A DNA stretch of 64,000 nt, from NCBI RefSeq assembly GCF_006345805.1, contig NC_043006.1:76446001-76510000 (forward strand), in the 5' to 3' direction. The notes beneath the pieces were generated by a model. The model was given only the letters and a program-made list of their open reading frames with translations, searched no databases and had not been told where the DNA came from. The stretch is from Octopus sinensis. Taxonomy: Eukaryota. Positions 55,321 to 64,000 of the stretch are shown in pieces. Position 1 is the first letter of the stretch. Each line of letters begins with the position of its first letter. The translations under genes were made by a program, and so were the position numbers.

Positions 55321-55875
55321 TGCCCTGATGCAGTACCAGGCAGTGGCTCTCATGGCTTCTGATCTTAACTGATTGGAAGTGTTATCATGTACATTGTTTT
55401 GTCTTGGTATAAAAGATGGGCTACAGCAAATATTCTGCTCAATACCACAGATTTGCTTGTCAGTTGTTTAATCTTAACCAGTTGAGCATGTCCCTTAGTG
55501 GCTGACGATATGTGCATCCCTGATCACGAGCAGAAGTAGTAGGGGAGCATCATAGCCATGTGTTGAGAGGGATTCTTTGGGGTTTGAATAGTTCACCTCT
55601 GGAAACATGGGTGGTTCTTTCAACATCCTTAAACAACCCTTATTCAGGGACCTTTTGAGCGGGATGGGCTACTCAACCTGAAGAAAATTCTAACTGGGCC
55701 CCACCTGCAAGGTCATGTGCTGTTTATCTTGATATGAGATCACCATGTCGCGCACATATGGTTGTGATGCATGTGCCTGGTGTACCCTTATCAGACGGGT
55801 AGTCATGATGGGTATATTGAGCTTCGTATATTTTACCCCAGTGTCACTTTGATGGCATGCACTGCTCTCTCACTC
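55319..55875. mobile_element. ~557-bp non-coding element flanked by (TAA)n on both sides
   Basis: Sharp GC-richer island between two (TAA)n tracts; no long ORF or clear tRNA boxes. Interpretation as an insertion is inferred. Confidence 0.6.
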
Positions 55876-55968
<93 letters not shown>

Positions 55969-56025
55969 AAGAAGAAGAAGAAGAAGAAGAAGAAGAAGAA
56001 GAAGAAGAAGAAGAAGAAGAAGAAA
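55876..56025. repeat. Compound (TAA)n(GAA)n microsatellite, representative of dozens of (TA)n, (CA)n, (TAA)n, (TCTA)n and (TTC)n tracts in the window
   Basis: Direct reading of the sequence. Confidence 0.95.
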
Positions 56026-56786
56026 GAGCAGAAACCTGGTGAGTATTATACTGAATATAGTGAATTTCCCGGGTGATTTGCTGAGACTTCCAATAGAAAC
56101 ATAGATTAAAAGAAAAGCTTAGGCAGAAACATAGTTGAAGCTGTCTTTATGATCATTTTGTTATTACAACATAATTTTGAGGTTCATCTTCAACAACACT
56201 TTGTAGCTCAGACTAGTGCTTCCCCAGATGTATTAGTACTTAGAGAAAACAAAATATCTTTCCTGATAGGGCTTCGTCGAACATGATGTCGTTGAACATA
56301 ATTTCTTTAAGTGTTACTCTTCCCAGCAATACTACTAGTGTTGAAGATTATAACAGTAATTACAAACGACAAAATAAAGAAAAGTGACAATCCCTCGTGT
56401 CTGTTTTAATTGCTTCGCTCCAAATCAACTCTGGTGTAGCAGATCTCTGATCAAAAGCACTTCAGCTAAGGACCAGGCTTTTATCAACGTAAAGGCAATC
56501 CAAGAAAATAATATTCACGGTGTCGATTTTTAATAAGGAAGGGTAGTATTTGAGGAAGATTTAACTATTCTTATGGCAACGGCTTCCCTGGAGCATCTGT
56601 TAGACGTTGTTCCTAGTGTTGTCAGATATTTACGAATTCCCCGAATTACATACTGTTAAGTTAGATACAATAAATAAGAGGGTTCGTATCTATCCTTTTC
56701 TATATATAAAAATATTCAATTGGCGTAAATAGTTATATGGTTTTCTCTAGTGTATGCAAGTGGTAGCATATTACTGTGCTTTCTAG

Positions 56787-57018
56787 AGGCAGCGCGCTGG
56801 CTGAAACGTTAGCACGCCGGGCGAAATGCGTAGCCGTACTTCGTTTGTCGTTACGTTCTGAGTTCAAATTCCGCCGAGGTCGACTTTGCCGTTAATCCTT
56901 TCGGGGTCGATAAATTAAGTACCAGTTACGCACTGGGGTCGATGTAATCGACTTAATCCGTTTGTCTGTCCTTGTTTGTCCCCTCTATCTTTAGTCCCTT
57001 GTGGGTAGTAAAGAAATA
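56787..57018 (+). mobile_element. SINE family 2, full-length reference copy
   Basis: tRNA-like head (TGGCTGAAACGTTAGC; GAGTTCAAATTCC), central ATCCTTTCGGGGTCGATAAATTAAGTACCAG and GTGGGTAGTAAAGAAATA tail. Confidence 0.92.
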
Positions 57019-58824
57019 TATTATTGTGTTTTCTAATACCTAAACACGGGATAAATGTTACCGCAGATGTAGGAGTTTTGCGTGGGAGACGTCTATTTGT
57101 AAATAAATGTTTACTATCATTGATTTAAAGCAGGGTGCTGCAAATTCCTACTTCATTTTAATGAATTTCTTTTATCTTCTATTTACAACAGAACTGTATA
57201 ATCAAACGATGTAATATGCCAAATGGGAAATACAAACTCTGTGAAATATTTGAAATCAGGAATCGCTTAATTCGTTTCGAAATCTCTAAATTCCCGCGAG
57301 TACTTAAATTTTCTCTTGAACAAAGTAAGGAATGTTTTTCCTTTTAAAGCATGCCATCCTTTCATCAAAGCAGCACGTTGTATTAATACATTAAAAGAAA
57401 GAAAAACCATCAACATATATTCATTGTCGTAATGACATATTCAATTGCTACAGCATGCAATCTAAATATATTGCACGCTATATGACTGCAGGAAATCTGT
57501 TTTGTAATATAATTGTGCATGTACTCTTAATGTTGTAACTATAAATGATTTAAAAATAAAATTCAGCCAACACATTTGCCGTTTCAATTTGACGTGTAAA
57601 CAAGAAATAGAGGTATTCATCCCCGTAGACCAGTGCATTAATTCATAGCTATAGAGATCTTATTTAATTGATGGCTAAGTTGTTAAAAAAATGTTCGCCA
57701 GGTTAAGGGTTCGCTGCTCGTACTGGGTGACCTGTCCTGCGATTGAGCATGTTTCTTTATTTGGATTGGTCCCTGTTCACTAAGTTAAGGATGACTACAA
57801 GCAGCAGGTGGAGATTAATCTGACGGAAAAACAGTTATCTTATTCAGTGGGTGCTGTAATCTCAGGCGCTTATGTGCATTATAAACTCACATACAGCTCC
57901 GGCCCTAACATTCTCGACTATGACTATCATAGTTTCTCCTAAAATTGTTGAGCTGACAGAATAGTTAGAGTCTAAAATTCCCCCGGGTTTATCTTCCGGG
58001 TCTTTACATCGTTATTTGAAATCCTGTCACTAAGATTTTCACCTAAAATAATAAAGTACCTAACCAGTCCTATAGAAGATGGTATCGACTACCGCTATCT
58101 CATTAAAACTATTGTCCGAGAGACTCAAGCAATTATTTAATTTCACAATTATTTAGCATTCTATTTTTTACATGTATACAAAAACACAGACTTTTAAAAA
58201 ACTATATGTCGAATTCATTAAAATGATTTAGACATATACGCTCAAGGTATAGGTAAATTCAGTGGATGTCATTATATAATACTGTTTAAATTATAAGAAC
58301 ACAAACAAAATGCACCACACAGTGTTACTTTTTTGTAATAATAGCCGCCATTGTGCATTGCGTACATATTATGATAGAGAACAAAGAATATTAAATATTG
58401 TAAATAAGAACCCAAGGCAAATAAATCTGTGTTGATACGGCTAGAATAAAAACGCACAGCTTTATGCATACGTCTTTGTATGCATAGATGTATTTACGTA
58501 TTATCTGCTGTGTTCTTCTTCAAGTCGGGTGCGTATACATACATATATATACATATATACATATGTATGTGAGTATCCATGTATATATATATATATATAT
58601 GTATGTATATATATATATATATGTGTGTATATATATATATATGTGTGTGTGTGTATGTATATTTGTATGTATATACATACATACATACACACATACACAC
58701 ATATATATATATATGTGCATATATATGGCAGTAAAGAAATATATATGTATATATGTGTGTGTGTGTGTGTAAATCTAACATTTCTTTGAATATATAGTTT
58801 CTTGTATTAACATTACTATGTATG

Positions 58825-58858
<34 letters not shown>

Positions 58859-60179
58859 TGGATGTATGGATGAATGGATGGATGGATGGATGGATGGATG
58901 GATGTGTTTATGAGTGTGTTTATGTCTGTGATCAGTAGATGCCTATATATACGAATTTTCAGATTGATAATATGTGATAATATTTCCTTCCACTCCACCG
59001 TATACCTTGCAATAAACATAAGACCTAATCCACTCTGAAAGCATTAAACAATTCTCCGTTTAGCAACATGATTAAGTTTATTAACAAATGTATAATTATG
59101 TTTACGTAAAATAAATTACTCTTGGAATATTTTCTTTGTGACAGAATGAATTGAAGTCTACCGACAAGTCATAGGCGAAGAAAAAATAAATATTGATTGA
59201 GAAATGGAACAAAAACAATTTTTTTCTGGATGATGGTTGTTTTCTGGATGATGGAAGTTCAACGATCTATGTATGGGAGTTAATTCTTCTTAATTCTGCA
59301 AACATGCGTATAATTTTAATAGATTATGATAAAGACCAAATGAACATGACAGAAAGGTACGCGTGTTTTCGTTTCAAGATATCTAAAATGTGAAGTAATT
59401 TTCCCTACATGGAGAACTCAGAAATTATCGAATTAGATCTACGTGTTAGCCCTGCATATCAAAATATATATATATATATTTCTTTTACATTTACAGTGAT
59501 CGAGTGAATTCAATACAGCTATTATATGTTGCGGTATTGAAATACTGAATCACATAATTTTCTTTGAAATACAGAAATTCCCGAGATTATTTCAAATTTC
59601 CATAGGAAAGATATTCAAGTATGCTTTCTTCTTGATGCACACCATCCTTTCAGCACACTATCAAATGATATTTATATATAAACCAAATACAGAAATCGGC
59701 AGGCTTTTCAACGACAGGTACTGTATTACAGCATGCAATTTCAATCTTTTACATGTAGCGCAGTTTACTTCCTAATATAACTTCCTAATATAACTCTATA
59801 TGTATTAATAATGATGCAGTTACAAACGATTCTGTAAAACATGATTCAGCAGACAATTTCTGCTTCGCTTTAGATATAAAAGAAGAGAGCAACATGCATA
59901 TTCATATCTCTAGTTTAATGCTTTGAATTACATTTCTAAATCATCGTTATATATAATTGCCTGTATACTTTTCAGTAATGCTATTTCACTGTAAAAATCA
60001 TTAAGGAGGGATTGTCTTTGTTTGGAGCTGTAGCACTATAAATGCACGGTACGTTCAATTAACTTCCACTTATATACTGAGTTCAAATAATATTTGAGCA
60101 AGTCACATATTAAAGTTTCTCTAGATTACACTGCAAACAGCTGCACGAAGAATATATGTATATGTGTGAATTATATATA

Positions 60180-60262
60180 TTCTTTTCTACTTTAGGCACA
60201 AGGGCCGGAATTTGACGGGAGGGGTCCAGTCAATTATATTGACCCCAGTACGGAACTAGTAC

Positions 60263-60267
<5 letters not shown>
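60180..60267 (-). mobile_element. SINE family 2, 3' fragment
   Basis: TTCTACTTTAGGCACAAGG...ATTGACCCCAGTACGGAACTAGTACTTAAT matches the tail variant at 49030 and 54340. Confidence 0.7.
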
Positions 60268-60323
<56 letters not shown>

Positions 60324-60498
60324 ACATGCTATAAATAAGTGTAAAATGCTCTAGTTCTGCCGTCAAATGCACATAATTGTATACATACTGACAACGACTG
60401 TAATTGGCTGACAGTGGCAGTCGTGGTATGCCCGTACAGCCGGTGCGTTGACTGCAGCATCAGAGCACTTTAGTATTACACGTGTTCTAACAGCCTCT

Positions 60499-60578
<80 letters not shown>

Positions 60579-61837
60579 AATAGAAGAAATATATCATTAT
60601 ATATGTTGTAAATATCAATTTAATGGGTATCGATGTAATGTGAACACATTTGATGGATATGAAGAAAAATAACACGTCAGTTACATGGGAAAAAGTTTCT
60701 GTGAAGGTGATGCAGAATTTAACATTAATTTGGAAAGAGCTACATTTCGTATTACCTAAGAAAAATTGGGAATGCTTTTGTTGTTGTTACGTGCCTGTTA
60801 ATCATCAAATTCTGTTCAAATTTCACAACACCATTAAGAGAGTAAGAAAAGATTCAGCTATGATGTTTTACCACTGGAGCATTATAGACACAAGTATAAA
60901 ACACTCAGATCTGAGATAAAATTCGATTCCAAACGGAAAAAGAACGGTGACACCTGACTCAAGGTGACTGTTTTATCTTATCTTTCAACTTGAACTTAGC
61001 TGACGTTCGTGGGACACAAACTCACATTTGTTGCAGCAAACTGATGTAATGTTACAGCACAGATTTGAATGCTCATACTGTTTTTTAAGTTTTCATCTAT
61101 AGCTTCACAAAATGTTGATTCTGAATATAATATTTGCTGAGGTTATATCACTATTATAATCACTGCTATAATTCCCCACGAATAACTTTTAAGTCACTTG
61201 CCAATTTAACATCCTACTATTATTATACCACATGCATTCCCTTATTATTCTCTCGTCTCCTTCGTCTTCTTCCTCTCCGCCGCCACCTTCCTTACTTTAC
61301 TACTATTGCTTTTTAGAATAACACCTACGCAAATATTATAAACAATACATTCAGAAGAGATGTCTCAAGAATTCAATCACTACTACCATCAACAACAAGT
61401 CACTTTTAGGGTACTTGACCATTTAACATCCTACTACTATCATGGTACTCCCGCATTCTTCTCCATCTCCTACTCCTTCCTCTCCTGTTCTTCTTCTTCT
61501 CTCTTCTTCTTCTTCTTCTTCTTCTTCTTCTTCTTCTTCTTCTTCTTCTTCTTCTTCTTCTTCTTCTTCTTCTTCTTCTTCTTCTTCTTCTTCTTCTTCT
61601 TCTTCTCTGCCAAGAATTCACAACGACCTCGAACTCACAAGAGACAACACATGCAGAAACAAGGAAAATGCCCCTTGTATTTGAATACTATGCAAGTATT
61701 GTTTTAAAAAAAACTTTTCTTTTAATTTTTCCAAAATTTGTTTTCCGTACTTACACTTGAAAGAGTTTCAATGGCAGAAACCGGAACTGAAATGTTTCTT
61801 GTACAATTACCTTAGCATTTTCTACCTTGACTTTTTT

Positions 61838-61924
<87 letters not shown>

Positions 61925-61926
61925 CG

Positions 61927-62034
<108 letters not shown>

Positions 62035-64000
62035 CATAAATACATATATATGCGTGTGTGAGAGAGAGGTTGTGTATATAGATTTGTATATATTATACAC
62101 TATAAAGTAGGGCACTAATTCTGCATACTGTTCTGTTATAGTGCTAACATCAGAAAGTTGTACACCTGTATTATATTCTACTGCCGACAAACAATTTCTA
62201 AGAAGCCTTATAAGCAGAAAAAAACAAATAAAAGGCAGACAAACGTCTTCCATTTTATTTTGTCATGTTGTGCGTTACAGCCGACGAACCACTAGACACA
62301 CTGTGTAAGAATATTTCATAGATTTTTCCTCATCTACGCGTTTGGTAGATTTTGGGAATTTGTAAACAGTATGAACAGGATGAAGTCCTACAGGCATACA
62401 CCAAAAATAGTAATCTATAAGATTGATGAAATGACCATAATCTAGAATATACCGTCACAAACATCCTGAGGGATCAAGGAAAATAGGTTGTTGTCATGTA
62501 GATTCAACACAAATTCGCTGTATATTGTTTTCTTAGCCTAGTTGTAACGCAGAGATGAAATAAAATCAAGGGAATGGTGATATCTAAATTGACAGAAATA
62601 CATTGTTTCTGAATATCAAAAATTCATGTCGTGGACAATGAATAATTGATGCACAAAGTTTTATTATATTTACATCTTTGCGATAAGAGTCTTTACTCAT
62701 TTGTTGTAATTAATTTAGTTAGAAATATTTCCTATTTTTCTATACACATCTATTTGATGGACAACTCGGATAATGGGAATAATCTTTATATCGTGCGTGT
62801 GATCCTCTTAAAAGACGGCCTTTGTAAGGATGTAAAATACACGTACCATTAGCAAAATAATGATGCTACATTTTTCATGTAAAAGTCAGTAGTCACATAA
62901 CATTTACATTTAGAAGATAAGTCGGAATCTTATAATTATAGAGAGATATCAATTATCTGCATCATCTATTATTAACAGATATTTTCATATCATTGTAAGT
63001 ACTCGTTAAGTCTCGTAATTTAAAATGTAAAGCTATATTTTTTTCTAATATTGAAACTTTTTATCAGAAATATCCTCGTCTGCGAATCATCATAACAATG
63101 GATTTTTCAAATCACATTTTCAGATCGGATTGAGAAAAAATTATATGAAAGTGAGTCTACCCGTTTTACGCTTAATTTCAGTGTAAATTTATTAGACTCT
63201 ATGCGTCGATCGTCAGCCGATTTAAGATGGTGGAAAACGTATTTTAAGACGCTCATGTGTGCTGGTTTAACACCATAATTACCATAGCTAGCATATCTTA
63301 TATACAAATGTTGTTTGGCGTAGTCTAAAAAGTCGGTGCTTTATATCCTGATGATCTCTAGTTCGTCCATGATATATACGTTATCATTGACAGATATTTC
63401 GTTGGCTTTCAAAACGGTATATCATTTCAAAACATTATAATTGTCATAAAGTTCAAGGGCAGTGAATATTATATTGATTTATGTAGAAAGTTGAAACATT
63501 TATTACTGCAGAATTTCAAGTGACAACTCAGATTTATTCATTTTTGTTTACTCAACTATAATTATGTTCTCAATAAGGTTTTGACCTCTTCCCACTGCAC
63601 CTATATAATTCGGAACATGAACTATGGACCTATGCATCTGCACTTACATAATTCGGAACATGAACCACAATACTCATTCACCTTTACAATAAATTTATTA
63701 CTCAGATGTTAATTTCATCAGCTCATATATTTAAGATCGGAGTGTATATCATATATATTAAGTGCATATACATATAGGATACTTCAGATAAACATTGACA
63801 TTTTTATCTGATGACATTTAATACGTTGAATAAAAGGGATATGAATATGTTTTCAATGTTGTATCCGTATGTTCAGTTTTGATGAACGTTATATCTCAAA
63901 AGTGGCATAGCGCCAAAACAACAACAAAACATTCATATTAATATACAAACATACACACATAATTGAATTTCCTACCTGTCCATTAAAGAGACATAAATAG

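Noticed and set aside
55640-55720. Possible HDV-like or hammerhead ribozyme in the 557-bp element
   Set aside because: Helices exist, but neither the nested double pseudoknot nor a CUGANGA/GAAA pair with a cleavage triplet could be assembled on either strand.

Overview
AT-rich, microsatellite-saturated eukaryotic non-coding DNA. The SINE families, (TA)n/(TAA)n density and LINE content resemble Octopus genomes (my recognition, not a database result). I found no convincing host protein-coding gene; nearly all short ORFs in the track are microsatellite read-throughs or transposon debris. The centrepiece is a young, near-intact 5.5-kb Penelope-like retroelement (13352-18889; RT plus C-terminal GIY-YIG, Neptune-like) with ~1.12-kb near-identical pseudo-LTRs, inserted in (TA)n. 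Each pseudo-LTR carries a minimal type I hammerhead ribozyme fold with a non-canonical core position 6. A second Penelope-like family is represented by a GIY-YIG remnant (35357-36150) and a (TA)n-flanked 430-bp element with a canonical-core, long-stem-II hammerhead (24129-24225). Also present are about nine R4/Dong-type RLE LINE fragments (several in (TAA)n), two CR1/L2-group LINE 3' ends that share their tail with the main SINE, two mariner relics, a Helitron helicase relic and many copies of two tRNA-derived SINE families. A perfect 196-bp inverted duplication with a template-switch signature sits at 53066-53466.
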